Shown here piece by piece: positions 1-12,949 of a stretch of DNA of 64,000 nucleotides. The position numbers were made by a program, and so were the translations under genes. The stretch is from Azolla caroliniana (taxonomy: Eukaryota > Plantae > Polypodiophyta). A model generated the notes under the pieces. The model had not been told where the DNA came from. It saw only the letters and a list, made by a program, of their open reading frames with translations, and did no database searches. The stretch's first letter is position 1, and every line of letters begins with the position of its first letter. The DNA lies in NCBI GenBank assembly GCA_043228905.1, contig JBHGNT010000001.1:1860001-1924000 (forward strand), written 5' to 3'.

Positions 1-2657
1 TTAGAACGGATCAATGGTGCCAGGTTCTTCACGAAGATCGACTTACGGGGAGCATATAACCTCGTACGGATCCGACCAGGAGACGAATGGAAGACCGCAT
101 TTCGCACCAGATATGGGCACTTCGAGTATACGGTCATGCCGTTCGGCCTCACTAATGCACCGGCAGTCTTCCAGCACATGGCTAATGATATATTCCGAGA
201 TCTATTTGATGATTGTTTGATCATCTATTTGGATGATCTACTGGTTTATTCAAAGACCCAAGAACAACATGATTCTCATGTACTATTAGTACTAAAACGA
301 CTTCGAGAACATGGTCTGTATGCAAAGCTGGAAAAATGTAGTTTCAGGTGCAACCAAGTGGAATTTCTCGGCTACATCATTTCGTCAGAAGGCATCTCCA
401 TGGACCCAGCTAAGGTCAAAACGGTGGTAGAATGGCAGACTCCATGTTCGGTGCGGGATGTGCAATGCTTCCTAGGCTTTGCCAATTTTTACCGGAAGTT
501 CATACAAGATTACTCAAAGATCGTTCTACCTCTCACACAACTTACCAGGAAGGGACAACCATTCATTTGGTCTGAAGAAACGGACGTGGCTTTCGAGAGT
601 CTTAAAAAGGCATTTACATCAGCTCCACTATTAGCTCATGTCGATCCGGAAAAACCATTTATTATCGAAGCTGACGCATCGGATTTTGCATTGAGGAGCA
701 TTCTGTCACAACAAGGGAATGATGAGAAGCTCCTGTGTCTTTTCACTCACGCAAGTTTGACGACGCCGAAATCAACTACAAAATTCATGATAAGGAGCTA
801 TTGGCAATAGTGGATTCTTTTATGCAATGGAGGCATTTTCTGGAGGGATCCTCTCATCCGGTCACCGTATTTAGTGACCACAAGAACCTTGCCTACTTTC
901 AGGATGCTCGTGTGTTGAATCGACGTCAAGCTCGGTGGGCCCACTTCCTCACGCGTTTCGACTTCAAAATTACATATCGTCCGGGGAAGCACCAAGGGAA
1001 GGCAGATGCATTATCACGGTGTTCGTATCTAGCACCCCGTCCCGGCGAGCCAGCTTTTAATAACCAAAAATAAGTCATCTTGGGACTGGCACGACTACAA
1101 GCAACAAAGATCTTTGACATGCCCATGGATTCCCGCGTTATCAATACCATACGCGAAGACTTGAAGACAGATGCGTTCGCCCAAGCTATACTAGCACAAA
1201 TTGATCCCTCTCGAGCGTCGTGTTCACAGTCGCAACCACCAGGTACGGACTATCGGCAATTCAAATACCATGATGGATTACTCTTCTTTAAAGAACTTTT
1301 GTATGTTCCTAATGGTTCTTGCTGCCTTCAAGTAGTACAAAACTATCATGATACATATACAACTGGGCATTTTGGTAGTACTAAAACACTACATTTAGTA
1401 CAACGATCATTCTAGTGGCCCTGTATGCGACAATTTGTCGAGGATTTTGTTCGGACTTGTGATACATGCTGCAGAGCGAAAATGCCAAGGCATCATCCAT
1501 ATGGTTTATTAGAACCATTACCAATTCCAAGCAAGCCGTGGCAATCCATTGCTCTAGACTTCATCACAGATCTTCCAGTCTCTAAGGGGTTCAATGCAAT
1601 TCTAACGGTGGTCGATCGATATACAAAGATGGTTCATTTATTGCCATGTACTAAGGAGATCTCCAGTGAAGACACTGCCGAAATTGTCATGCGTGAAGTA
1701 TGTCGGCATCATGGACTTCCCGATAGTATCATTTGCGACCGTGGACCCCAGTTCGTGTCAAAATTCTGGAAGCACCTTTTTAACATCCTCAAGGTCACTT
1801 GTAACCTCTCCTCCGGCTACCACCCACAAACCGACGGCCAAGCCGAACGAACCAATCAAACGCTGGAGCAGTATCTGCGGTGCTCTCTCAGCTATCATCA
1901 GGATGACTGGGTAGATATTCTCCACTTCGCCGAATTTGCCTATAACAACTCTATCCACGCATCCACGAAAGTTACGCCATTTTATGCTTATACGGGATGT
2001 CACCCCCGGTGGTGTGTGCTTGAAACCCCAGAGGTGTCCACAAATCCTTGCGCAGAGGATCGTTTTGAGAGGTTACGCAAGATACAAGCGGATTTATCTA
2101 CTCATCTCCAACAAGCTCAACAAACACACAAGGTTTATGTGGATCTTCATCCGAGACTCCCATCTAGTTTTAACATTGGAGATCGGGTATGGCTACTCCG
2201 ACGACACATCAAGACTACTCGCCCATGCGAGAAGTTGGATTATCAACGATTAGGTCCTTTCCGTATTATCGAAAAGATTAATGATGTCGCTTTTCTTCTT
2301 GATCTACCTCCACAACTTCGGATACATCCGGTGTTTCATAGTTCTCTCCTCGAACCCTATCAAGAAAGCACCATCCCAGGACGTATTACACAGCCTCCAC
2401 CCCTGATCGAGCTTGAAGATGGACCTGAGTACGAGGTTGCCGCCATCCTTGATTCCAAGCTTGTTCGCAACAAGCTCTACTATCTAGTTGACTGGCTAGG
2501 ATATAGTCCCAACGAGCGTACTTGGGAACCGATAGAGAATGTCACCAATGCTCGTGCTCTTCTTGAAGACTTCCATCGTCAATATCCAGACAAATCGGGT
2601 CCTCAATCCAAAACGACTCGTTACACTCGTCGTTTTAAAGGGGGGATAGTGTCATGA
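1..2657 (+). pseudogene. pol: Disrupted pol polyprotein of the chromovirus
   Basis: Frameshift near 730 (the RNaseH LHPV segment is broken) and in-frame stops at 1071-1073 (TAA) and 1413-1415 (TAG where FWWP is expected). The last ORF ends at TGA 2655-2657, just inside the LTR. Confidence 0.9.
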
Positions 2658-3089
2658 TATGGCAAGACTCGAACCCATGACCTTATACTACATGGGTCGA
2701 GCTCTTGACCATTAGACTATACATTGTAATACATAAAATATTATTTTCATTTATGTTTTATTATAAAAAATTGATGTATATTCCAGATTTCTCTGGAACA
2801 TTCTAGAAACTTCAGGAGTATTCCTTAGAACACTATAAAAGGAGGCACAAGGCATTATTTCGAACCAAATCGGTTCAACGCCAGTCTTAAGCCTCCTAGC
2901 TACTGTACATTTTCTTCACATAATATATATCTTTTCTTATCATCACTCTCTCTCTCTCTCTCTCTCTCTTGATCTCTCTCTCCCTCCCTCTCACTCACTC
3001 TTTCCTTCTCTCGAGAGTTCTTCACCTCTCTTAGTACTAATACTTCTTTTAGCACTAATTCCTTCTCTGTCTTAGTACTGTTCCTGACA
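2650..3089 (+). repeat. 3' LTR (440 bp)
   Basis: Starts TGTCA directly after the PPT and ends TGACA (terminal inverted 5-mer). TATAAAA at 2834-2840 and a CT-rich tract downstream. Confidence 0.85.
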
Positions 3090-3657
3090 ATACCAATCTC
3101 TATGCTTTTGTTAGCGACACCAACTAGAGGGAGTGTCAATCACTCTCAAGCATCTAATGGGCACAATAAAAACTAAGGAAACTCTAATTGTACTCTTCAA
3201 CCTAATCTCATTCACAAGACAATACTTGAGCACTTAATCAAAAGAGACTTTATCATGTTTCCAAACATTCAAGAGAAGAACAATGAGGCAAGAAATCACC
3301 ACCACATTTGAGTTTCCATTAATCTGTTTAATTAGTTACAAAATTAAGTCAATTACAAATATTCAAGATTAAGAAGCGAGAGAAAGACTTAGGCTTCAGC
3401 TCTAGGGAAGACAATGAGGAAGAAACTCTAGGAAAGGTTTATAGCGTTGCTTCTATAGGTCTTTCTTATTTACCATTATTACAATTATGTTCCTTTTGCA
3501 TTTGGGAGGGTATGAACATTTATACGTACTATTTTTATACCAAGGTTTCCATGGTACACCAAGGGTATGAACTATATGAACTTGTTTCCATGGTACACCA
3601 AGGTCAAATTCTTAAAGCAATGCCATCTCAAAAGACACCTAAGAGGTTTAGGTCTTC

Positions 3658-4103
3658 TAGGCCTAGCAATGGGCCTAGCTCAATTTCGGTTTAATTCTTT
3701 GCCTTCAAACCGAACCATTTATATAAAACAAAAACCAAACCAAACCTGTTTATGAATTCTCAAGCCATTTATACCAAAACTGTTTAAGGAAAAAGTTGAA
3801 ACAAAACCGAATCATTTAAGTCAAACTAAATCAACAAAAATACATTAAATTAAATTTAGTGAATCAATAAAAAACATTAAGTAAACCATTAAGAGGAAAA
3901 AAAGTTAACCAAAAACCAATAAACCTTTTAATAAAACCACTTAAACCTATATAGTATAAACTGATTAACCTGAGTTTTAGAACCAAACCAAACTAAAACT
4001 AGATTGTTTATCAATAATCCAAACCATTAAAAAAAAATGGAATTAATAAACTATTAAACCATGGCTTAGTGGTTCAATTCAGTTTGAGTCGAAATCGGGC
4101 CTA
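3658..4103. mobile_element. Possible hAT-type MITE
   Basis: TAGGCCT...GGGCCTA ends around an AT-rich interior with many AAACC/AACCG subterminal-type motifs. No TSD found. Confidence 0.4.
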
Positions 4104-4802
4104 TAACGATCTAGAACTTCAGACAAATGTGTAAGCATGATGAAATCACCTTAATGAAACACGTCAATTTGCTTGTGCATGGAGAGACTTTTTAATATTC
4201 TTAAAAATTCTAATTGTCCTCCTAAAATGGACTAGAAGTCATTCCTACCTCTTCATTGTTCACACATTGTTGGCCCTAGAGTATGTTCCAGAGGAATAAT
4301 GTGGACAAGGACGAGTCGGAGAATAATAATATAATTAGTAATATTATAGGAATGGATGGATCCAAATAGTTGTATTGATCCAGATCTGCATCGATTGATA
4401 GCCGATAGCCAGTAGCCAGTAAGGCACCGTTTTGTAACTCATACCGGATTCCTATAAAAGGGTCCGGAATCGATGTAAAAGATTAACAAAAGTAAGATGA
4501 GATTAGTGTGTTTCTATTCTTAATTATTATTCCTTGTGTACTTGTCGTTCTGTGCTTAACTATTAATCTTACACGTGTTATAAGTAATTGGTTGCATACT
4601 AAGTAATCCAGAAGGCATCCGGGAATAGTCGGATGTGAATCGGATAGATGCGGATAGCATCCATATCCTAACCACCCTTTTGGCGAAGTGTTCCGGAACG
4701 AACACCCTGTGCTTGTGGCTAAGTCCAGTCCAAGATAAACATGCACATTGAACATACAACCAATCACATCACAATTTCGAACACCTACAAAAATTGTGGG
4801 CC

Positions 4803-5040
4803 CCCATACAGAAAATTGCAAACCCTTCTCTTTTATAGTTTTATTATTTTTATATTGAGTGTATACGCACAAAATAGATGGACTTGTATCCTACGCAAAC
4901 TTTGGACCCACTTCCTTATGGACACCCATACACAAAATTACAAACCCTTCTCTTTATAGTTTTATATTATTTTTATTTTGGGTGTGTGCGCACAAAATAG
5001 ATGGACTTGTATCCTACATTTTGAACCCACTTCTTTATTT
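4803..5040. repeat. Tandem duplication, ~122-bp unit x2
   Basis: cccatac...caaacccttctc...cacaaaatagatggacttgtatcctac recurs at ~4803 and ~4925. Confidence 0.75.
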
Positions 5041-6344
5041 ATGTAAATCCTATTTCTTTAACCTCGTCCAACATTGCAAATTTGCATGGTCATGGTGCCC
5101 TATGAGTTGAAGTTAGCATAACATCTTATTTATAAGATTTAATTCATAGTCTGATTATTAATGATTGTGTAATATCATGGGAAACTTATAGCATATAATT
5201 ATGCATCTAATAAGTTCCATTTGGTCATCACCTTAATAGTACGTTCATTTTGGTGCCGATACCAAATCTATATCTAGTTTTCTTGAATATAGAATTGTAT
5301 CACTATATACATTTAGTGTTTCTCAAGCAATTAATGCTAGTACAATCGACTTCCTGCACTCACTTTAAACTTCTTCAAAGCTAGTACATTCGAGTGCAAT
5401 TACTTTGCAATTGAGGGCTACACTATAATGGGCTATATTGTTTTGCTTTCAAGCACCCAAGCTTGAATGGTGAAAAACGGCATGGATGGCAAATGCCTAG
5501 TTATATATGCACAAAGAAAGAACCCAAAATAGTGTTGTTGTGGCTATTTAGTTGCGAATTTGCGATTGAACAAACTTAAAATCAATACTTGTGTACCCAC
5601 TTATCTCTTTCTCTCAATTGCCTGAAAGTCTCAAACATGTGAGTAAGTGCATGGACATGTGTGTGAATATGAGGTAACAATAGCTCGATTTGAATAGGCT
5701 CAATCACGCAATCAACCAAGCACTCAGAAGCATGCAAAGGACAATGGTGATTTGGGAAATTGGTGTTTTCTAGCTTCAAAATATTTCAATTGAGTACACC
5801 AACCTCCCCCTTAAAATTTGATCCCTCTTGGGCAAATGAACAAAAGTAGTAAGCATGACTTCCAAATTGTCTTGATTCAAGTAGGCTCGGTCAAGCAGTT
5901 GAAAAATCGAATTGCTCGAAACTAGCATAAGCAATTGCGGTGACTCGTGTCTATTCATGCTCTAACCTCGACCCATATTTTGGAATTGTGTCTGTGCAAC
6001 AACAGTACATATAGTTTCGAATGTATACATAATACACATGTATAACTAATGGAAGGAGTTTTTTTTTGGAATAAAAATAAAAATAATAAGCATATGGTGT
6101 TGAATACGGTATTTAAAGACAAATATTGAAGAAACAAAAACCTGAAGATAATGCCAAGGCTTTTGACGTCATGGCTCACGCCATTCATTTCCTAACCGAC
6201 CATAATAACTATTTACATTCTTTGTACTACTCAAAAACACTTACTACTTAGAACTTAGAAGACGAGGGAGAGAGAAGAGGAGCTAGTTTCACTAATACCT
6301 ATATAAATACATAACATCATAATATACATTTAATATATATATAT

Positions 6345-8110
6345 ATGGAGGTTGAAAATTATTCAATCTTATGGCCCAAAGATGTGTTGATTTGTGTCTT
6401 GTTGTTGTTGTTGTTTATGATATTTTACATTCTATGGGAAGCTCTCTATTCCATGTGGTTGAAACCTCGCCGAATCAGGCGGATGCTTGAATCCCAAGGT
6501 ATCCCATGCCTCCCGTACCATTTCTTTTACGGTAACACTTCGGAGGTGAATGCGCTCGGGAAAGAAGCACGCAAGTCGCCCATGTCGGATATCACCCACG
6601 ATATTGCGCCACGAATCCTACCTCACTACTTCGTGTGGTCCAAGACATACGGTAATAATGTGACCCATCTATGTATCTCCTTTATGAGATTGATTTACTT
6701 TGGTTTTCTTCTTGTTTCCTGGTTTTGGCATTATTCAAAAGTGGGAATGCATTGGTCACTAGAGACTTCCCCCTCTTTTGAACCAACTACATCATTGATA
6801 CACAATGTTGCCCTTGATAGGTAAACCATTTGCATATAACCATGGAGCTCAAACTCGCATTATCCTCGCCAACCCCCAGCATGCCAAGGAAGTGTTGTCC
6901 ACCAAATTCAGCCACTACGGAAAGCCTGTCCGGAGGCCTGACACGAATGACTTAATTGGAGAAGGCTTGGTGGCACTCGAGGGTGAGAAGTGGGCTCACC
7001 GTCGGCGCATTATGAACCCGGCTTTCTTCCATGAGAAACTCAAGGTAGGTCCAACCCTATTTATTGTTCACATATATATAAACATGGGGCATTTGGCTAT
7101 TTACTATAGATGACAATTATAGCTAATATGCACAAAAAAGACATAGGTAGTGAGAAGCATAGAAAGGTTGGAGAGTTTAACACACCATATGCCTATTGTT
7201 GAAAGCATATGAGTGACATGCAATTTCTAGGCAATGCTACCCACGATGAATGCTTGTACAAGTGCCGTAATCGAGAAATGGATGGGGCCAATAGAGCAAG
7301 GCCATCATATTGATGTTCACAAGGAGTTCAGTAACCTAACTGCCGACATCATAGCGCGAACCGCATTCGGAAGCAGTTACGCGGATGGTGAGCGGGTCTT
7401 CGAATTGCAACATGAGCAACAAATAATAATAGACAAACTCTTCCTTGCACCTTACTTCCCAGGGTCAAGGTAGGTATATTTATGCTTTGGAAAAGAATGG
7501 AAGATGCTGCTTGTGCACAATAGGTGTAAATTCTTTAATTTTCCACTTTATGGCTTTTTATGCACTGAGCTCTCAGGTTTATTCCGACCGCATTGAACCG
7601 GTATCGATGGAGGATCAACCATGACATCGAGAGAATCCTCACGAAACTGATTAAAGGCCGTTTCGAATCGACCGCGATGAAATCAGGCCATGATAGGGGG
7701 GCTGATTTGTATGGCAATGATTTACTTGGCTTGATGATGGCTGCAAACCAAGGGGAGCTTAAAGCCAACAAGAAGAACCTAAGCATGAGCATTTCGGAGA
7801 TCATTGGGGAATGCAAGACTTTCTTCTTTGCGGGACACGAGACGACATCCACACTCCTCACATGGGCATCTCTTCTCCTCGCCACAAACCCGGAATGGCA
7901 AGATCGTGCAAGAGAGGAAGTATTCACCGCGTGCGGGAGGACTGAGGTGCCCACAGCCGAGGCGATGGGACATCTGAAGATCGTAAGTAAATATTATAGA
8001 ATTCAAAGCTGCCATTAGGATGCCTCATGCACAACATGCATTAGTTGCAGGCAGTATCACATCCTACAAGAAGGTGATTATCATTTTAGTATAGATTCAT
8101 ATATTCTCCA

Positions 8111-8145
<35 letters not shown>

Positions 8146-8899
8146 TCATTCTATCCATACAATGGTGGTTATATGATGCCAGAAATGTATAGTACATAAA
8201 ATCATTCGAACTATATACATCAAGCAATAAAAATATGATTTGAGTCTGATGTGTGTAATGCACTCTACAGATTCCTGTAATGTATGGATTGTAGTTAAAT
8301 GTGACATGAAATTGAAAGTATATTGCTGCATCACATTTAAACATAAACTTTTTTGTTGCATTCTCAAAATGATACATACAATAACCCCCATCCATGTATG
8401 GTAATCGAGTGTGAGTTGAGAGTTTATTATGAAACAGATGGGCATGGTGCTGAACGAGACGTTGAGGTTGTACCCACCAGTAGTGTCGATGGTGAGGAGG
8501 ACGGTGTGTGAGATGGAGGTGGGTGATGATGATAAGAAGAAGAAGAAGAAGAAGATACCTGCAGGGACAGAGGTGTTGCTGCCCATATTGGTGTGGCATC
8601 ATGAGGCAGAGTATTGGGGGGGAGACTCGGCCCACGAATTCCGGCCGGAGAGGTGGTGTTTGGAGGAAGAGGGAGGGGAAAGTGTGGCATGTAAGCGTGG
8701 CGCCGCGTTCCTCCCCTTCTCCATGGGGCCGAGGGCATGCATCGGCCGGACATTCGCAATGCTGGAGGCCAAAGCCGTCATGGCCAACATTTTGCGGCGT
8801 TTTAGCTTCGGAATTTCGCCCGCGTACCGCCATGCCCCCGTCACCGTGCTCACACTCCAGCCCCAGTTCGGAATGCCCATCCTCTTCCACCCTCTCTAG
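6345..8899 (+). CDS. Cytochrome P450, CYP72 clan, 5 exons, ~545 aa
   Basis: Exons 6345-6651, 6821-7044, 7231-7469, 7577-7982, 8438-8899 (all GT-AG, phases consistent). N-terminal TM anchor, WAHRRR, I-helix FFAGHETT, ETLR, PERW and heme motif FSMGPRACIG. The 5-exon layout is typical of the CYP72 clan. Confidence 0.93.
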
Positions 8900-9383
8900 C
8901 TAGCTATATATATATATATATATATCCTTGGGCCTTTCTTCCAATCTCATACCACATGCTAGAGCCCCTCCTCTTGTAAATGTCCCATGTATACATACAT
9001 ATATACTTGTATATACACTTTTACTTAAGCACGCTTTTTAAGTTTCGCAAGAAGTGGAGTGATTGGGATATAAGCTACTTCTTTTTGTCAATCTGTATGC
9101 CTCTCCTTCCTCAAATATCAAGACAAACAAATATTATTTTACAACCCGCATGACATGATGATTGCTGGCTCGTGTTTTTGCTCAATGTGTCTTATAGATA
9201 TGTTTGTTGGCTGTCCACCGGAGTATGCAATAGCCAAAAGTCGGCTTACTAACATTTGTAGGAAACCAAACCAATGACTTATGTTATTATGCTTCACGAC
9301 CTATTAGAAATGCCAAGAACCCTATTCACGCAGCCTAATGAGTAGGTTATTAATTGAACGATGGGTTTGTTGCTTGTCATATC

Positions 9384-9653
9384 CATAGTACGTAAATTCG
9401 TGTTCATCTGGCATAACATTCGTTTTTCTACATTGGAAAACGAATGAGAATGTTATTCAAACATTCTTGTATTTTTTTTTGTTTTTCCCCATTTTCTTAA
9501 TGTTTTTTTTTTGTTTTTTTCCATTTTTTAGGCTTATTTACCTCATAATAAGCGGTTAATCCAAAAGTATGGTATTTATCATTCTTTGAGGGTGTTTTTC
9601 TTACGCGAATGTGAATGCACGTATAGTACGTATGGTTCATAGTACATACTATG
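9384..9653. mobile_element. Non-autonomous TIR element (hAT-like MITE), copy 1
   Basis: Imperfect TIRs CATAGTACGTAA...GTACATACTATG. Both ends are homologous, in inverted orientation, to the ends of 42405-43368. No TSD seen. Confidence 0.55.
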
Positions 9654-10150
9654 GAACTCCAAACTCATATCTATTGTGGAGTGTTTTCATTCATAGTAAA
9701 ACGAATGAGAAATAGAAAAATACACAAATAATGATATAACATATTTAAAAAATAGGACTCACAAAACTTTATATAAACAATAGCAAGTTACAGCCCTCTT
9801 ATCACCAAGCATGAGGCACACAACCTATGTTGGTGAGTGGCACCATCATATGCACAACATATCCCACTGTTGCAATTTCCCATGGCTACATATCCGCCAA
9901 TAGAAGTTCCCCACTACTAAGTCGCCTATGGTTGCTATGACTCGTGAGCACCATAGCCAATACAACATAATATGTAGCCTACTCTATACTCCCAAGAACT
10001 CTTCAATAAGTGATTGCTTGTTACCATAACAAGAGTATTGAAAAGATCATCCCAAGGTGCGTGACTATCCAGAAAATTAGCACAACCACTAGGCTCAACT
10101 GAACACACCCAAGGATCAAGACACCACAAAATCATGCTTCTTAGGGTACA

Positions 10151-10370
10151 CAAGCAAAAGAACGAACTAAAATACTACAAGCATTTTTTTGAGCACACAA
10201 GAAGAGCTTGAACTAATACCACAAGCAAAAGAACGAACTAATACCACAAGCATTTTTTTGAGTACACAAGAAGAGCTTGAACTAATACCACAAGGAAAAG
10301 AACGAACTAATACCACAAGCATTTTTTTGAGTACACAAGAAGAGCATGAACTAATCCCACAAGCAATGAC
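10151..10370. repeat. Minisatellite, ~69-bp unit x3
   Basis: caag(c/g)aaaagaacgaactaa...gaagagc..gaactaat recurs at 10151, 10222 and 10291. Confidence 0.9.
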
Positions 10371-11139
10371 CAAGTAGAATTCACAAGCAAGACTGTTCAA
10401 TCAATTCAAATTCAACAAAGAAAAGAACCAGCAAAGCATCCTCTTCATGTTAGCAAAATAGATTGAATTGATCAATTTTCAACATTACATTAGAAACAAA
10501 TATTAAAATCGGCTAGAAGAAGTCATTAAAACCTTTATCCAAAGTCTTTGATAAACATTTGATAGTTGGGGAAAGTCGTAACATTACAACATAAAAGTTG
10601 AATTATCTTAGGAAGTAAACTACAAACCAAGCATGAACACTTTCCGAATCAAATAATAGCAAAGGTCACCACGTGATATAGATATAGTGATATAGCACAA
10701 TCATACATGTCAGAAACCTACCATAGACCAAGAATTATCACACAATTCTAACAAAAGTAGCTATGGATTATCACATAACACAATTCTTGCTTTAGTCAAC
10801 GCACAATAATGTCAAGATCCAATGCACACAAGGTATAATGATCATATTCTAAACATTATATGCAAGATGACCAACTGTCCAAGGTTCCAAATATGAATAA
10901 CACAAGTGATGGAAGCCTATATTCTAAAACATTACATGTCCATAAAAATTAACATGCATTTCAAGAAGGGAGAGGCACTGAAATCTATTGCAAAATGTAA
11001 ATTTTGCAATGATCATCAAAATGTTATGCAATATCTATGATAATAACCCAAAGGATCATCAAAATGGTATGCAACATCTATGATAAGAACCCAGAGGAAA
11101 TTTAGCACCGGACAGCTGGGGTGGAAGTTTTTATTAGAT

Positions 11140-12502
11140 CTAGATAGACGATCCAATCGCCCTGACATAGCACCTGTCACGGCCACCAGGGTGTGGAACT
11201 GGGATGACACGTAAGGCAATTTCAGTACCAGGTTTCATGAGCCTCTCAAGGAGTGGGATTCCACCTGAGCACCCGAGATGCATAGCCGACAAAAACCCTT
11301 CTCTCCCATTGGGCAACGTCACGAAGTACCCAACATTATTCACTTCCTTGATCACACCTACAACAGTCCCAGGATCTCCTATCTTGTACATCTTTGTATA
11401 GTCCAACTGGAACGTTCTTGCCTCCTCATCCAGCTCCATTTGACGGCGTTGTTCCTCAGCTTCTCTTCGATATTGTTTCATCCGAAGTTTTGCCTCTACA
11501 TTATATGGCCTCCGGTTCACCGTCTGATACCCTAAGTCCTATAGATAAAAGGTCCGGAAAATGTGCACAAAACAAAGCCAATTTTAAATTAACTTTTTAC
11601 TCCTGATTTGTTCAAACATGAGCTTTATAAAACTTTCGTGCAGGGTTGTGCAAATCATGCTCCATTCCAGATTAAAAGACCCTTAAAATTTTGGAGGGTT
11701 ATTAAAATTTTGAATCCTACCCCAATCACCTTAAAATTTGTTGGGTCATTAACAATTCTTAGATAGTATAAAACAATTTAAGTATTGATTAATTAATATT
11801 AGATCATATATACCAGCTTATCAAAATACTACCAAATAAGGAATTAAGGTATATCTAACAATTACAACTATCACTTTCAAATAAATCCTTCTAAACATAG
11901 AAACAAGTCATCAATAAGTGATAATTCGAATGCTGGAAAACAACCATGGTTTCAGTGTTGTTTAGCCTTTCATTATTACAAAATCATATTTATCGTTTCA
12001 AAATCGAAGATGGGACGAGTATCCTGAAACAAGGGGATATTGAAGAGCTAATAACACATTCATATTAACAGTGACAAAAATAATTGCAGATGCTATGCAC
12101 CCATGTTCAAAAGACATAAAACTGTCGTACAAATCTTAATCACCCCATTCTTGTTGATAAATATACTCGGTGAATTTTTGAGATAAAGCACATAAATCTT
12201 CATGGCTACATAGGATACTTCCTAACAAAACTCTACAAACTATGAAGTTAACAAAATTAGGAAAAACATGAAACAGAAATCAAAGAAATAAGGCAGTACT
12301 AAACAAATAAAAGTGTAGACAAAATAAAGCAAAAATGAAGGGAACACTATATAAAAGGTCGCAGATGTAAACAGAAATCAAACAAACAAACACAGAAAAA
12401 GAAGGAGAGTGAATGAATAAATATGTAAAACGCAACACGAAAACAAAAAAAACAAATTGAAGACATAAAGGACAAACAAGCAAAGAGAACAGAAAATAAT
12501 GA

Positions 12503-12550
<48 letters not shown>

Positions 12551-12678
12551 GTTACATCGTCTGCGGTAGAGAAAGTTCTCTTTGAAGGCGAAGATACAAT
12601 AGAAGACGTCGAAGATGTAGAAGCGATCCTTCTAGCGATGGCGAGCTCTTGACGAACCAATCTAGACAGAGACTGCAT
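11140..12678 (-). CDS. Single S1/OB-fold RNA-binding domain protein with a mitochondrial-type presequence, ~173 aa
   Basis: Exon 1 12678-12556 (MQSLSRLVRQELAIARRIASTSSTSS...RTFSTADD, donor GTAAC). Exon 2 11538-11140 (acceptor TAG, phase 0) has the S1 pattern GTVVGVIKEVNNVGYFVTLPNGREGFLSAMHL...PGTEIALRVI. Confidence 0.75.
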
Positions 12679-12949
12679 CTTTCCTGAGAGAGACAGAGAC
12701 AGAGAGAGACAGACAGACAAAGACGGATGCAGAGAGCGAGCGAGGTAGAGGAGTAGAGGAGAGTGAGGTTTTTCATAGGGTTTTTCTTGGGCGCTTTCAC
12801 ACTTCCGTATTTGTCCACACAAAATATCGGTTCTTATTTAGAGGGAGGATAGATAGATAGATATTTGTTAGCGTTCATAAAGAGGCGAATATTGACCCAT
12901 AGGACCTAAGTACAAAAGTTATCTTCATGTGTGTCTGTCTCCTAAGTCC

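Larger units (their letters stand above)
1..3089 (+). mobile_element. Ty3/gypsy chromovirus (Tcn1-like) LTR retrotransposon, 3' half (RT-RNaseH-integrase-chromodomain, PPT, 3' LTR); runs off the left edge
   Basis: Frame 1 from base 1 reads FTKIDLRGAYNLVR...MPFGLTNAPA...YLDD (RT). RNaseH motifs ADASD, ELLAI and DHKNL. Integrase HHCC and core (LDFITDLP, DRGPQF, QTDGQAERTNQ), GPY/F (GPFRI) and C-terminal chromodomain (EYEV...YLVDWLGY...TWEP). PPT AAAGGGGGGATAG 2637-2649 is followed by TG. Confidence 0.95.

Noticed and set aside
2660-2725. Functional tRNA gene
   Set aside because: A/B boxes are present but the acceptor and anticodon stems do not pair properly, and it lies inside an LTR.
4284-4704. 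Second solo LTR (TGTTC...GAACA, TATAAAAGG)
   Set aside because: Composition is LTR-like but no matching TSD was found, so the boundaries are unsupported.
8081-8903. Overlapping antisense and alternate-frame ORFs
   Set aside because: By-products of the GC-rich P450 exon 5.
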